Shown piece after piece: positions 12,530 to 26,777 of a stretch of DNA of 64,000 nt (the first letter of the stretch is position 1; each line of letters starts with the position of its first letter). Made by a program: the position numbers and the translations under genes. Under the pieces are notes generated by a model. It searched no databases and had not been told where the DNA came from. It saw only the letters and a list, made by a program, of their open reading frames with translations. The DNA lies in NCBI GenBank assembly GCA_951406725.2, contig OX597836.1:38750001-38814000 (forward strand). Direction: 5' to 3'. This stretch comes from Octopus vulgaris (lineage: Eukaryota).

Positions 12530-13690
12530 AGGGGTATTTCAGGATACTTAATCATTTAATCATCAGTATATTACTCTCTTCAAACTGATTGAAAAGCTTG
12601 TATTTTCAGATCCCTTATTACAGATAAAATGCTAATAATAAGAAATGGAAAGTCAAGCTGCCATAGTTGCCTTGTGCATGGAAAACAACAGTTCAGAAAT
12701 TGCCAATTTTCTAAATAATTGCAATCTCTTTTGTATCTAAAATTTGGACGAATTTGGAAGCCTTTGGTGGGAGTGTTTCAAATGTATTAGAGAGAGAGAA
12801 AAGTATTCTAAATGTCCAAACACTATAAGGGCATCACAATTTATCCAACAGGTTGAAAACATTCTAGAAAATCAACAGGGATCATTATCAAAGAACTTCA
12901 GGTGTCAGAGTAGATTATCAAAACTGGTGCGCAAGGATATTTGATACAAGCTGCATATATTGAGGAGAGGTAAATTCGTGGCTGCAAAGACACGGGAAAA
13001 CCATTTGATCCATGCTGAGTGGTTACTTAACCTCACAAGCAGCAAGCTTTGATTTTTTTTCTGAGAAAACTTTGACCAGGACCAAAAAAGCCTAACAGGA
13101 GAAATACCATGTTATGTGCAAATTCTTCTGATGTCCCCACGAGTTGTGAGTTACAAAGGTCATCTCTTACTACCTCACATTTTTCAACAGGGTCTTAGAA
13201 GTAACACTGATGGATACATTGAGGTGCTGGAAAAAGATGATGATGTTAGTCCCTGGATGGATGGAGTATGCAGCGAAAGGCCATATGTATTTTAACCCTT
13301 TTGTTACTAACCCGGATGAAACCGGCTCTGGCTCCGAGTACAAATGTCTTGTTTTCATAAATTTTGAATTAAAATCTTCCATCAAACCTTAGCCACAATT
13401 TATGTTCCTAACACTAGCTGAACGATAACTAAGTTATTTTACTAAGTTCTTTGTTAATTTAAAATTAATTGAAAGAAACACAGAGAATCTCAAAATAAAT
13501 AAAGTAATGAAAGGGTTAAAAAGACTCAACTCTGATGGATACATTGAGATACTGAAAAAAAGATGATGATGGATGGTTGGATGGAGTATGCAGTGAAAGA
13601 CCACATGTATTTTGGAAAGACTCAAAACCTTTTCACAAAGTCCTTGTAACCCAAAATGGATGCCAGGTGATCTTTATGGTCATGTAACAA
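12530..13690 (+). pseudogene. Tc1/mariner (DD37D/maT-like) transposase fossil
   Basis: Fragments read NFDQDQK, PHIFQQGLRSNTDGYIEVLE, PWMDGVCSERPYVF and DSKPFHKVLVTQ, with stops and frameshifts. Interrupted by a MITE and a ~90 bp internal duplication. Confidence 0.75.
13296..13515 (+). mobile_element. piggyBac-type MITE (~220 bp)
   Basis: TTAA at 13292-95 and 13516-19; TIRs CCCTTTTGTTAC / GTAATGAAAGGG. Confidence 0.85.
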
Positions 13691-14236
13691 CAAGGTTGTG
13701 AGGTTGTGAGTTTGATTCCTTGACCAGGATGTGTGTTTTGTTCTTGAGCAAGACACTTTATTTCATGTTGCTCCATTTCACTCAGCTGTAGAAATGAGTT
13801 GCGACGTCACTGGTGCCAAGCTGTATCGGCCCCTTTGCCTTTCCCTTGGATAACACATCAGTGGTGTGGAGAGAGAGGAGGCTGGTATGCATGGGCGACT
13901 GCAGGTCTTCTATGAACAATCTTGCCCAGACATGTGCCTATATGAATACACACACACACACACACATATACATGCACACGCACACACACACGACCTTGTT
14001 TTTATGTTTTACTTGTTTCAGTTGTAGGACTGTAGATATGTTGGAGCACCACCATAACCAAGTCTAATACTCATTCTATCAATTTCTTTTGCTAAACTGC
14101 TAACATCTGTGCAACAGTTTACCATGCATACATACATGCATACATATACATACGTACACACACACACATACATACATACATACATACAGACATACATACA
14201 TACATACATACATACATACATACATACATACATACA

Positions 14237-14470
14237 TAGTTAATCCAAACATGAAAGCACAAAAAAACACAACAACACGAGAACGTAAAACAAATATAGT
14301 ATTATTGGACGCTCAGGAAAGAAGGGAAGAAGGAGGGTTTAACGTTTCGAGCGGAGCTCTTCGTCGGAAACATAGGAGAAGGAAAGATCCAGAGAAGGGA
14401 AGACAGAGGAAAAAAGATCACCAACGGTACACACGAGGTCACATTTTGAAAGACCGGAAGGAGAACATAT
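14237..14470 (-). mobile_element. Hammerhead-bearing short element inside (TACA)n
   Basis: Minus strand 14371-14337 reads GTTT-CCGACGA-A-GAGC TCC GCTC-GAAA-CGTT-AAAC. Homologous to 5340-5580. Confidence 0.65.
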
Positions 14471-14540
14471 ATACATACATACATACATACATACATACAT
14501 ACATACATACATACATACATACATACATACATACATACAT

Positions 14541-14960
14541 CTAAATACCAATCTTGAGAAATTAGGCTTCTGCTGAAAGCAGACAGCTAATTCAAAGACT
14601 ACAGATCCAAGTCATCACTGGAACTGTAAAAATCCGTAAAACATTCCAGAAGTTTATCATTTAAATATATCTGAGCATGTATAGATATGCAACTATATGC
14701 ATGAGAATACATACATGAGCCATACAAATCTGCACATATATACATACAAACATACATACATACATACATACAAAAAAATAACCTGTTGTTGATGTTGAAA
14801 TTCCAATGAAGGAGTCTTGGATCTAGGTTAGAAACCGGTTCTTTCTCTATTGGCAAGAAATCTTGGAACAAAACTGAATAAGGACATGCATACATACATG
14901 TGTATGCACATGCATACATACATACATACATACATACATACATACATACATACATACATG
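14541..14960 (+). mobile_element. R4/Dong-type LINE 3' end (ORF C-terminus plus 3'UTR) in (TACA)n
   Basis: Reads LNTNLEKLGF...LQIQVITGTVKIRKTFQKFII*. The block at 14775-14885 recurs at 54725-54832, next to the R4/Dong body. Confidence 0.65.
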
Positions 14961-15399
14961 TATATAATTACAAATAAATGAGTTAAGGGAAATATCTCAT
15001 GTGGGCCAACAGTATGAATTAAGAAGTAAATTAAGATTTAACTCATGGAAATTGTACCGCACCGAATGATTGCCAACAAATCTAAATGAACTGAAGTTTG
15101 CCTTTTAATTGGAGGAAATGATAAAAGCCTGGTGGTAATCGTTAGTAGCCCTCAAAGAAAAGAGGAGATAATTTCAAGAAAAAATATTTAGTTTAACAGG
15201 AAATTGAATTCTGTATAATTAACAGTTAACAGTAAAAATATAAATTATATAAAATGTTTAGAAATATTAGAGTTGGCAAAAATAGGGGAAAGAAAAAAAA
15301 AAAGGGGAGAAAATGAATGAAAATGAATGAAAATGAAGGAGAAAAGACTGCAACAGGATTGAAATCTCATTTCAGTCATATCATCAAAACAGCAGCTAC

Positions 15400-16350
15400 T
15401 GTCATCATCAACATCGTAATCATCATCATCATCATCATCATCATCATGATCATCATCATCCGCAGCAGCAGCCCAGCCATCACCTCTACCACCACCACTA
15501 CTACCAACGCAGTCATCATCCTCATCATCATCATGACCACCACCACTACTACAACTATCATCATCATCATCATCATCCTCATCATCACTATCATTATCAT
15601 CATCACTACCACCACCACCACCACCACCACCACCACCATCAGTATCACTACTATCATTGTCATATTTATTATCATTACAACCACCACTGCAATTATCACT
15701 ATCATCATCATCATCATCACCATCACCATCACCCTCACCACCATCACCATCATCATCATCATCATCATCATCATCGTCATCACCATCATCGTCATCATCA
15801 TCACCATCATCGTCATCAACATCGTCATCATCATTATCATCATCACCATCATCGTCATCAACATCATCATTATCATCATCATCATCATCATCACCCCTAT
15901 AATCACAGTGTTGTCAATCCCACCAACAACCCCATCACAAACGTCCCAATCACCACAATCACCACCATCATCATCACCATCATCACCACCATCATCATCA
16001 CGATTACCATCCCCGCTACTATTATCACCATCACCACCACCACCATCATCACCACCACCACCACATTACTTCCATCACCATCGTCAGCACCACTACCACC
16101 ACCACACCACCACCACACCACCACCACCACCACTACATTACTTCCATCACCATCGTCAGCACCACTACCATCACCACCACCACCCCATTACTTCCATCAC
16201 CATCACCATCGTCAGCACCACTACCACCACCACCACAACCACCACCACATTACTTCCATCACCATCGTCAGCTCCACTGCCACCACCACCACCACCACCA
16301 ACACTACAAACATCATTACCATTGTCATCGTCATCATCATCATCATCATC
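15400..16350. repeat. (CAT)n/(CAC)n compound microsatellite
   Basis: Direct inspection; includes four CATTACTTCCATCACCATC sub-units at ~16063-16270. Confidence 0.9.
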
Positions 16351-16639
16351 ATTAATGCAAATCCCTTGTCCATGTCTTTTCTTCTTTAATTCCATCCACT
16401 CTCTTCCATTTCTAATCCGAGAATTTCCAATATTTATTTGTCCGCTTCTAATTCTTTATCAACCAAATTCCTCCATCACCTGTTCTTTCTCTAATTCTTC
16501 ACATTAAACATATTTTGTCAATAGCATCATATTTCCTTAACCAAAATGATGCATGTAAAGGAAAAAGTGTTTTAGATTAGCATCCGTTAATCCAACATAC
16601 GTCTAAGTATATAAGCACACACAACACTTGTGTATGTAT

Positions 16640-16843
16640 GCATATACACAAATACATGATTTTGTACATATATATATATATATATTTGCACAGACACACA
16701 CACACACATATATATATATATACATATTTGTACATATATATGTGTGTGGGTGTATATGTATATAGGTATATGTATATACATATATATATATATATATATA
16801 CTTATATATATACATATACATATATATATACACATACATACAT

Positions 16844-16898
<55 letters not shown>

Positions 16899-17037
16899 CA
16901 TATATATACATATATATATACATATATATATATACATACATCATCATATCATACATACATACATCATCATACATATATATATACATATATATACATACTA
17001 TATATATATATATACATATATACATATATATATACAC

Positions 17038-17089
<52 letters not shown>

Positions 17090-17170
17090 GTATACATAAA
17101 TGCATACATATACATACAAAATATATACACATACACATATACATATACACATGAGATATGTGCATATATA

Positions 17171-17236
<66 letters not shown>

Positions 17237-17430
17237 TATGTATGTATGTGTGTATATATGTATATATATATGTATATAAACTCAGGCATGCACTTATGCT
17301 TAAACATAGTTACAAAGGTATGTTTGCAGACACACACACACATACTTTTATATATCCAGACATACACACACACATATATATGTTAAATAATGATGATGTA
17401 TATATATATATATACATATATATGTAAATA
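16640..17430. repeat. (TA)n/(TACA)n degenerate microsatellite
   Basis: Direct inspection. Confidence 0.9.
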
Positions 17431-17539
17431 TATAACAAATGAAAGACATAGTGTCAAGTATCTTTGTCTATATACACACGCGCACACACACACACCATTT
17501 ATAGAACCACTTTTGTTTGCTTGTATTGGTTGGGTCTTA

Positions 17540-18398
17540 GCAGTATTTCCTCTGCCACTAAGTTCTGAGCTCAAATTCCACCGAGGTTGACTTTGCCTTT
17601 CATCTTTTCAGGGTCAATAAATTAAGTACCAATTACGCCCGGTGTCAATGTAATTGACTTAATCCCTAAGTCTGTCCTTGTTTGTCCCCCTCTATGTTTA
17701 GCCCCCTGTAGGCAATAAAGAAATAAATATTGGTTTCCAATTTTTAGCACAAAGCCAGCAGCTTTTGGGGATGGGCTAAGTCAATGAAATCAACTGGTAC
17801 TTTTTTTATTGACCTCAAGAGGATGAAAGGTGAAGTTGACCTCGGCAGAATTTGAACTTGGAGCATAAAAGAGAAATGAAATGCTTCTAAGTGTTCTGCC
17901 TAGCATGTAAAAAATTCTGCCAGCTCGCTACCTTAGTAATCCTTTCTACTAAAGACAAGGCCTGAAATCTTGGGAATGGAGCTTAGTTGATTACATCGAC
18001 TCCATTGTTTCACTGGTACTTAATTTATAGACCCTGAAAGGATGAAAGGCAAAGTTGACCTTGGTGGAATTTGAACTCAGAATGTAAGGACAGACGAAAT
18101 GCCACTAAGCATTTCACCCAGCGTGCTAATGATTCTGCCAGCTCGCAAGACTTTAGCTACATTAATAAAAATAATAATAATAATGGTTTCAAATTTTGGC
18201 ACATGGCCAAGAATTTTAGGGAAAGAGACAACTCAATCACATCGGTCCTCAGTGCACAGCTGGTACTTATTTTATCAACCCCAGAAGGATGAACAACAAA
18301 GTTGACCTCAGTGAAATTTGAACTCAGAACGTGTGGCTGGATAAGATGTTGCTAAGCAATCTGCATAGCATTCTAACAATTCTGCCAGTTCACCGCCT

Positions 18399-18400
<2 letters not shown>
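17540..18400. mobile_element. Cluster of four decayed family M SINEs (one +, three -)
   Basis: Repeated GGATGAAAGGCAAAGTTGACCT...GAATTTGAACTCAG with heavy CpG->TpG/CpA decay. Confidence 0.8.
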
Positions 18401-18459
<59 letters not shown>

Positions 18460-18460
<1 letters not shown>

Positions 18461-18611
18461 CATCGTTTAACGTACGCTTTCCATGCTAGCATGGGTTGGA
18501 CGATTTTGACTGAGGGCTGGCGAACCAGATGCCTGCACCAGACTCCAATCTGATCTGGCAGAGTTTCTACAGCTGGATGCCCTTCTTAATACCAACCACC
18601 CCGAGAGTGTA

Positions 18612-18675
<64 letters not shown>

Positions 18676-19160
18676 TTTCAAATTTTTGCACAAGGCCAAT
18701 ATTACTCACACTCTCTTGTAGGTAGTAGGGATAGTAGGGGTCAAAGGAAAATTACCTTTATTGAAATATCTCAATGGATCCTTGCAGACAATTTCTTGTC
18801 ACATTCTGCCAAGTTTCCATTAACTCCTACTTTGTCTCCAACAAACCTGACCACATCTTGCTCATCAATCCAGATGTTTTCAAACACGAGGGTGAGGATA
18901 ATACCACATAATAGTGATAATAATGACATGATGATGATCATCATCATCTTCATCATCGTTTAATGTCCGTTTTCCATGCTAGCATGGGTTGGACAGTTCG
19001 ACCGGGGTCTGGGAAGCCAGGAGGCTGCAACAGGCTCCAGTCTGATCTAGCAGTGTTTCCACAGCTGGATGCCCTTCCTAATGCCAACCACTCCGTGAGT
19101 GTAGTGGGTGCTTTTTACGTGCCACCGGCACAGGGGCCAGCGGAGGCTAGCAAACGGCCA
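18460..19160 (-). mobile_element. Two RTE-tailed SINE 3' fragments (18460-18612, 18950-19160); same family at 21605-21980
   Basis: CATCGTTTAACGTCCGTTTTCCATGCTAGCATGGGTTGGAC...CTGGATGCCCTTCCTAA motif. Confidence 0.75.
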
Positions 19161-19547
19161 TCATCATCATCATTATGATGATGATGATGATGATGATGAT
19201 GTTGATGATGATGACGACGCGCTGACCCCCTTCCCCCGCCAGAATTTGAACTCAGAATGTACACATATTACATAATGATATCTGCCAGTGAAGTCTTCCT
19301 CTGCATGTTAGATCAGATTTCTGTTACACCTAGTTTTACTCTCAGCTGACTTGTGCTGTCATTTACGCACATTAGAATTATTAATCCTGTCAAATACGAT
19401 AGTTTCATTTCATTTTCAACCTTTCTACATCCCTAGCATTCAGCATCCATGTTTCACAGCTATTCGATGTTACACTTCGCACAAAAAACATTGTACAATC
19501 TTCTTTTCACTCAGTAAAGTGCTCTTTCTGTAGACAGCAGAGGTAGT

Positions 19548-19920
19548 GGAGGCACAATGGCCCAGTGGTTAGGGCAGCGGACTCGTGGTCGGAGGATCAC
19601 GGTTTCGATTCCCAGACCAGGCATTGTGTGTGTTTATTGAGTGAAAACAACTAAAGCTCCATGAGGCTCTGGCAGCGGATGGTGGCGACCCCTTTTGTAC
19701 TCTTTCGCCCCAACTTTCTCTCACTCTTTCTTCCTGTTTCTTGTCCCCGACTTCCTACACAATCGCTGAGCCTGGATGCACATTCATCCATCCGTCGATG
19801 CTCTCGGTGTCAGGGGTTGACCTGCTTTCTCTTCTACGGGTCTTACGAATAGCAAAGGACTACGTTTCGAACTTCTCCCATCTGGGACGAAGACCGTTCG
19901 CTCAACAACAACAGCAACAG
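19548..19920 (+). mobile_element. OK-like tRNA SINE (head 1, tail A)
   Basis: A-box-like TGGCCCAGTGG and B-box GGTTTCGATTCCC. Same tail as the minus copy at 49540-49890. Ends in (CAA)n. Confidence 0.85.
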
Positions 19921-20064
19921 CAGAGGTAATAAGCCACTGAAATTTATGTTCTGACTTTCTTCTTATTCTGGTCAGCATGCTTGCAATTGGGAGGTTAATG
20001 ATTAAACTGGCATCTTTATCCAGATAGCCTGGGAAGAAGGGTTACTAGAATCTCTAATTCAAAC

Positions 20065-20490
20065 CTACTCTAAGCTACTAAGAATGTGTGCAGCAACTTG
20101 AAGATCCACCCATCACACACGATAGTCTTGCGGTTGCACGGGCCCGAAATCTATGTTGTTATCCTCATTCTGTAAACGGTGGCTTTTGACGGGTGGAGAG
20201 CTGAACCATCCTGGGGTACAGAGGATTCGCAATCTAGACTAGGGTCTGAAAGTTTACCACACCATAGTGGGTTACATCATGGTTCCTCTGTTTTGTAGCA
20301 GAAGTAGGAAGAAAGTGAGAGAAAGTTGTGATGAAAGACGACAGCAGGGTCCCCCCCCACCCGCTGGAACCTTGTGGAGCTTAGGTTTTTTTGCTCAATA
20401 AACACTCACAATGCCCGATCTGGGAATCGAAACCGCGTTCTTACGACCGCGAGTCCACTGTCCTAACCATTGGGCCATTGTGCCTCCACT
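20065..20490 (-). mobile_element. OK-like tRNA SINE (head 1, tail B)
   Basis: Same head and tail as the + copy at 22844-23270. Confidence 0.8.
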
Positions 20491-22087
20491 ACTGTTGCAG
20501 TTGTTGCTGTAATCTAACTCCCAGAGTCAACCCTAAGCAAACAGATCTGCAATCAAATGCATTCTCATAATGAGCATCACATCTTTTAAGTGTATGTATA
20601 TCAATGTATTATTTAATGTATCCTTTCTTCATTTAAGGTGTAAGAATATAATCTGAGAGTTATTTGGCTGATATTTTTGCAGAAGAGATGACCACCGAGA
20701 GGCTCCTTCAATACGCATGATTTACAAAATTTTTTTTTGTTTTTGTAACAGTTATTGGGCCTTCAACTATCAACCACCTAAGTCCCGGTAACCTCAGTAC
20801 CATTAGTGTGGGAATGAGAGCTATAAAGGTAACCATCATCAACTCACTAAATCATGATTGTGGAATGGGTGAGGGCCTACAGAGGTAACTAATGCTGCCC
20901 CATTACCATCATCAACGTGTGAGTGATGCGTAACAAAGCATAACTAACCAGTGTCTTTACCAATGTTAGAATGAAACCTATGAAAGTAAACAGTGTTGAT
21001 CCATTCCACCATCATTGCATGGAAGAGGTGAGGCCTACAAAGGTAACCGCTGCTGATCCTTTAGGCACAACCAATGTGAAAATGAAGCCTACAAAAGTAA
21101 CAGTGATTCCATACCACACCAATGGGATGCAGTCTTCAAAGCTACTTCATGTTGCCACCCACCCAACTTCTCTTACTAATCTAGCTAAAAATAAAAGTTT
21201 GAATCATCAATGATTTACATTTCAAACTGACAAAACAGATGAGGGAGAAAATCTCATAATTTCATTTTATTTTGGGGTGGAAAGATGTAACCACTTCTCC
21301 AGTTCTTTTCTATACTTTTCTGCAGCTGTAGTTATAGCTGCAAGTAGTTCTCTTCCCAACCTCATGGTTGCCTACAACCGAAATACAAAGACTGTCCTTC
21401 TGATGAACTTTCACACACTGTTCATCTGCGCCAATTTCACCCAAAAGTTTTTGGTTAATCCAAAACTAAGGTAGATGGAAACTAGATTCAATCTGAAACA
21501 AGGATATCAACCAATCAGACCTCACTTAGCACCACATACGCCTTTTATGATGACGAGAAAACCATCCAAGAAATCATCATCATCATCAGCATCATCATCA
21601 TCATCATCAATTAACATCCGTTTTCCATGCTAGCATGGGTTGGATGGTTTGACCGGGGTCTGGTAAGCCATAGAGGCTGCACCAGGCTCCAGTCTGGTTT
21701 GGCAGTGTTTCTACAGCTGGATGCCCTTCCTAACACCAACCACTCTGTGAGTGTAGTGGGTGTTTTTTACGTGCCGCCGGCACAGGGGCCAGTTGAGGCT
21801 GGCAAACGGCCACGATTGGTTGGTGCTATTACGTGTCACCGACACAGATGCCAGTCTGGCGGTGCTGGCATCTGCCACGTTCGGACGGTGCTTTTTACGT
21901 GTCACTGGCACAGGTATCTTAACTACAATTTCCATTTGATTTTTATTTTGATGTTGGTGTTGACGTACTTGACTCAATAGGTACAAAATAAATAGCACAA
22001 ACAATATGATCCAATCTGGAACCATGTGACTACAAAAGAAACAGCAGTTGAATTTTCAAATTTCTCTTTCAAACCAAATCTCTACAA

Positions 22088-22284
22088 CAGTGGTTCCCAA
22101 ACTATGAGTCGCAACCCACAGATGGGTCGCGAACGGAATCTTAGTGGGTCGCAAAAAGTTATAAAATTATGCATTAGCTTTGATTAACTGCTGTCTATCG
22201 AGATACTCAGTAGAGTTAAGTTGGTCATCATAAACTGGTGTGATAAATAGTGGGTCGCGACTCTAAAAAGTTTGGGAACCACTG
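22088..22284. mobile_element. hAT (Charlie-type) MITE, 197 bp
   Basis: TIRs CAGTGGTTCCCAAACT / AGTTTGGGAACCACTG; 8 bp TSD CTCTACAA at 22080-87 and 22285-92. Confidence 0.92.
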
Positions 22285-22917
22285 CTCTACAATATTTATA
22301 ATGTATTCCTAAGTATACTATGGCAGAATAAAAAATGAGGAGGTCAAGGCTGGACTATTCCAAATCTTAGATCTGCTGAAGCCATGTTGCCTGATGCTAC
22401 ACAACAACAGGGAAGAATGTATTTTATTCCTGGATATTCTATGTCCAGAATAAAAATGAGTAAGCGATGATTAGAATATTAAACATGACTGCTGGAGCCA
22501 AGCTGACCAAAGGCTAAACAGCTACAACAAGAACAACAACACAGGTACTGTAGCTGTATATATGCTTTGTCTGAATAATATATGAGACTGACGATAATTC
22601 GTTAGCTGGATCTGAATTAACTTGGGGCCAGACAACAGCATCAACTATTGGAGGTGCAATAGCTTAGTGGTTAGGGCAACAGACTTGCGGTAGTAAGAAC
22701 GTGGTTTCGATTCCCAGACCGGGCATTGTTAGTGCTTATTGAGCAAAAACACCTAAGCTCCACGAGGCTCTGGCAGGGGTGATGGCGAACCCTGCTGTGC
22801 TCTTTCACCTCTATCCGCCTTTAATGTTAACAACAGCATCAGTGGAGGCGCAATGACCCAGTGGTTAGGGCAGCGGACTCGCAGTTGTAAGAACGTGGTT
22901 TCGATTCCCAAACCGGG

Positions 22918-25900
22918 CATTGTGAGTGTTTATTGAGTAAAAAAACACCTAAGCTCCATAAGGCTCCGGCGGAGGGAAGGGGAGGTGAACCCTGCTGTAC
23001 TCTTTCATCACAACTTTCTCTCACTCTTTCTTCCTACTGCTGCCACAAATCAGAGGAACCATGGTGTGACCCACTATGGTGTGGTAAATTTTCAGACCCT
23101 AGTCTAGATTGCAAATCCCCTGTACCCCAGGATGGTTCAGCTCTGCACCCGTTAAAAGCCACCATTTATGGAATGAGGATAACAACATAGCTTTCCCGCC
23201 CGTGCAACCGCCAGTCTATCGCGTCTGATGGGTGGACCTTCAAGTTGCTGCATGCATTCTTAGTAGCTTAGTGGTTAATGGCGTGAGCCCTGATTGGAAG
23301 AAGAAGAAGACAGCAACAGCTAAAAAAACATATTTTCATCCTCATCAACATCATCACCAACAACAGCAGCACCAGTAGCATCGTCATCATCGTCATCATT
23401 TTAACGTCCATTTTTCATGCTTGTATGGGTTGGATGACTTTATTGGGGTGAATTTTTTCCACTACCAGATGCCCTTCTTGTTGCAAAACCTCACCTGTTT
23501 CTAAGCAAAGTAATGTTTTTATGGAAGATTGGAAATAAACAATATTTTCTGGCATGACAGTTCTTATCTTATGTGCCCTTCTCAAGCCTAACCAGGCTCA
23601 TGGGCCCGGTTTCCCGGTTTCTGTGGCATATGTGTTTCTCCCGGTTGGACGGGACGCAGCGTTACTCAAGAAACAGGAAGAAAAATTGAGAGAAAGTTGT
23701 TGGGGTGAAAGAATACAACAGGGGTCACCACCACCCCTTGCCAGAGCCTCATGGCACTTTAGGTGTTTTCGCTCAGTAAACTCACACAACGTCTGGTCTG
23801 GGAATTGAAACCGTGATCCTCCAACAGTGAGTCTGCTAACCTAACCATTGGGCCATTGCGTCTCCATTTTCGCCCTTTTAAAGCCTAGCCAGGCTCATAG
23901 GCCTGGTTTCCCAGTTTCCATGGCATATATGTTCCCCAGCTGGATGGGACGCCAATCCATCGCAGCGTTACTCATTTTTGCCATCTAAGTGGAATGGAGC
24001 AACGTGAAATGAAGTGTTTTGCTCAAGAACACAACGCATCGCCCGGTCCAGGGATCGAAACCACAATCTTACAATCATGATGCTAACACCATAACCACTA
24101 AGCCATGCGCCTCCACTCTGGCATGACAGTGACACTCATTACAAAATTTACAATCATTTTTGATCATATATTTGTTTGATCAAGGCTGACCTGGGGCTAA
24201 ACAATAACATCAACCAATTAAATATCACTTGGTACCACATATGTCTCATATGATGACTAGCAAGAAATATGCAACACCAGCTAACCATAGTCTGTACTTT
24301 GTAGAATTGACTGCACTGTTTACTTCTGATGGTGTGTCTTTGTGCTTTAAATGCATAAAAGTTATTAAACTTTTTCTTTTTCACAGTGTAAGAAGCTCTC
24401 CATCTTCACAATTTTTGTTATTTTGAATCAATAAAAGCAAGATGTTGTTACTACAGAAGATCTTTGTATCATTAGGAAGTCTTTGTATCATTAGGATGAT
24501 GATCTTTATATCATTTGGAAACAGCTGGTATTGCCCACCTCTTATTGTGAGTGTTTATTGAGTAAAAAAACACCTAAGCTCCATAAGGCTCCGGCGGAGG
24601 GAAGGGGAGGTGAACCCTGCTGTACTCTTTCATCACAACTTTCTCTCACTCTTTCTTCCTACTGCTTCCACAAACCAGAGTAACCATGGTGTAACACACT
24701 ATGGTGTGGTAAATTTTCAGACCCTAGTCTAGATTGCAAATCCCCTGTACCCCAGGATGGTTCAGCTCTGCACCCGTTAAAAGCCACCATTTATGGAATG
24801 AGGATAACAACATAGCTTTCCCGCCCGTGCAACCGCCAGTCTATCGCGTCTGATGGGTGGACCTTCAAGTTGCTGCATGCATTCTTAGTAGCTTAGTGGT
24901 TAATGGCGTGAGCCCTGATTGGAAGAAGAAGAAGACAGCAACAGCTAAAAAAACATATTTTCATCCTCATCAACATCATCACCAACAACAGCAGCACCAG
25001 TAGCATCGTCATCATCGTCATCATTTTAACGTCCATTTTTTCATGCTTGTATGGGTTGGATGACTTTATTGGGGGTGAATTTTTTCCACTACCAGATGCC
25101 CTTCTTGTTGCAAAACCTCACCTGTTTCTAAGCAAAGTAATGTTTTTATGGAAGATTGGAAATAAACAATATTTTCTGGCATGACAGTTCTTATCTTATG
25201 TGCCCTTCTCAAGCCAAACCAGGCTCATGGGCCCGGTTTCCCGGTTTCTGTGGCATATGTGTTTCTCCCGGTTGGACGGGACGCAGCGTTACTCAAGAAA
25301 CAGGAAGAAAAATTGAGAGAAAGTTGTTGGGGTGAAAGAATACAACAGGGGTCACCACCACCCCTTGCCAGAGCCTCATGGCACTTTAGGTGTTTTCGCT
25401 CAGTAAACTCACACAACGTCTGGTCTGGGAATTGAAACCGTGATCCTCCAACAGTGAGTCCGCTAACCTAACCATTGGGCCATTGTGTCTCCATTTTCGC
25501 CCTTTTAAAGCCTAGCCAGGCTCATAGGCCTGGTTTCCCAGTTTCCATGGCATATATGTTCCCCAGCTGGATGGGACGCCAATCCATCGCAGCGTTACTC
25601 ATTTTTGCCAGCTAAGTGGAATGGAGCAACGTGAAATGAAGTGTTTTGCTCAAGAACACAACGCATCGCCCGGTCCAGGGATCGAAACCACAATCTTACA
25701 ATCATGATGCTAACACCATAACCACTAAGCCATGCGCCTCCACTCTGGCATGACAGTGACACTCACTTAAAAATTTACAATCATTTTTGATCATATATTT
25801 GTTTGATCAAGGCTGACCTGGGGCTAAATAATAACATCAACCAATTAAATATCACTTGGTACCACATATGTCTCCTATGATGACTAGAAAACCATCTAAG

Positions 25901-26186
25901 AAATATGCAACACCAGCTAACCATAGTCTGTACCATGTAGAATTGACTGCTTCTTGACTGTTTATTTCTGATGGTGTGTCTTTGTGCTTTAAATGCATAA
26001 AAGTTATTAAACTTTTTCTTTTTCACAGTGTAAGAAGCTCTCCATCTTCACAATTTTTGTTATTTTGAATCAATAAAAGCAAGATGTTGTTACTACAGAA
26101 GATCTTTGTATCATTAGGAAGTCTTTGTATCATTAGGATGATGATCTTTATATCATTTGGAAACAGCTGGTATTGCCCACCTCTTG
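22918..26186. repeat. Direct tandem duplication, ~1.63 kb unit
   Basis: Copy 1 ~22918-24543 and copy 2 ~24544-26186. Identical 84-aa ORFs at 23554 and 25181 (offset 1627). A few SNPs and indels. Confidence 0.92.
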
Positions 26187-26349
26187 CCAGGGTTCAAAGT
26201 CAATATTCAGAGGCTTTGCAAGACAGCAGTTTGAATTTCTCTTTAATCTTACGTTTTAAAAATAGTTTCGTTGAACTAATTTTCTATCAGCCTCTTGGCT
26301 TTTTACATGACTTAACAAGAAAAATATATAAGATAACAGTATGATACAG

Positions 26350-26777
26350 TTAGGGCGGCGAGCTGGCAGAATCGTTAGCACGTTGGGCAAAATGCTTAGC
26401 GGTATTTCGGCTACCGTTACGTTGTGAGTTCAAATTCCGCAGAGGTCGACTTTGCTTTTCATCCTTTCGGGGTTGATAAATTAAGTACCAGTTACGCACT
26501 GGGGTCGATGTAATCGACTTAATACCTATGTCTGTCCTTGTTTGTCTCTTCTATGTTTAGCCCCTTGTGGGCAATAAAGAGAAGAGAATCGTTAGCACGT
26601 CGGGCGAAATGCTTAGTGAGTTCAAATTCCACCGAGGTCGACTTTGCCTTTCATCCTTTCGGGGTCGATAAATTAAGTACCAGTTACGCACTGGGGTCGA
26701 TGTAATCAACTTAATACCTATGTCTGTCCTTGTTTGTCTCCTCTATGTTTAGCCCCTTGTGGGTAATAAAGAAATAG
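26350..26777 (+). mobile_element. Family M SINE dimer with 11 bp TSD
   Basis: GTATGATACAG at 26339-49 and 26778-88. Confidence 0.88.

Noticed and set aside
15317-16507. 396-aa ORF
   Set aside because: Translation of a (CAT)/(CAC) microsatellite, open in several frames, with no complex sequence.
18750-18900. Unique segment with donor-like sites on both strands
   Set aside because: Minus frames stop before the donor; the plus frame has no recognisable product or acceptor.
19548-19625. tRNA gene (also other A/B-box heads)
   Set aside because: These are SINE heads running into SINE bodies, with no clean cloverleaf or terminator.
20814-21150. CRISPR-like repeat/spacer appearance
   Set aside because: Repeats are degenerate, spacers are mutually related, there are no cas genes, and the context is animal.
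23554-25435. Duplicated 84-aa 'gene'
   Set aside because: Antisense reading of a SINE inside the tandem duplication.
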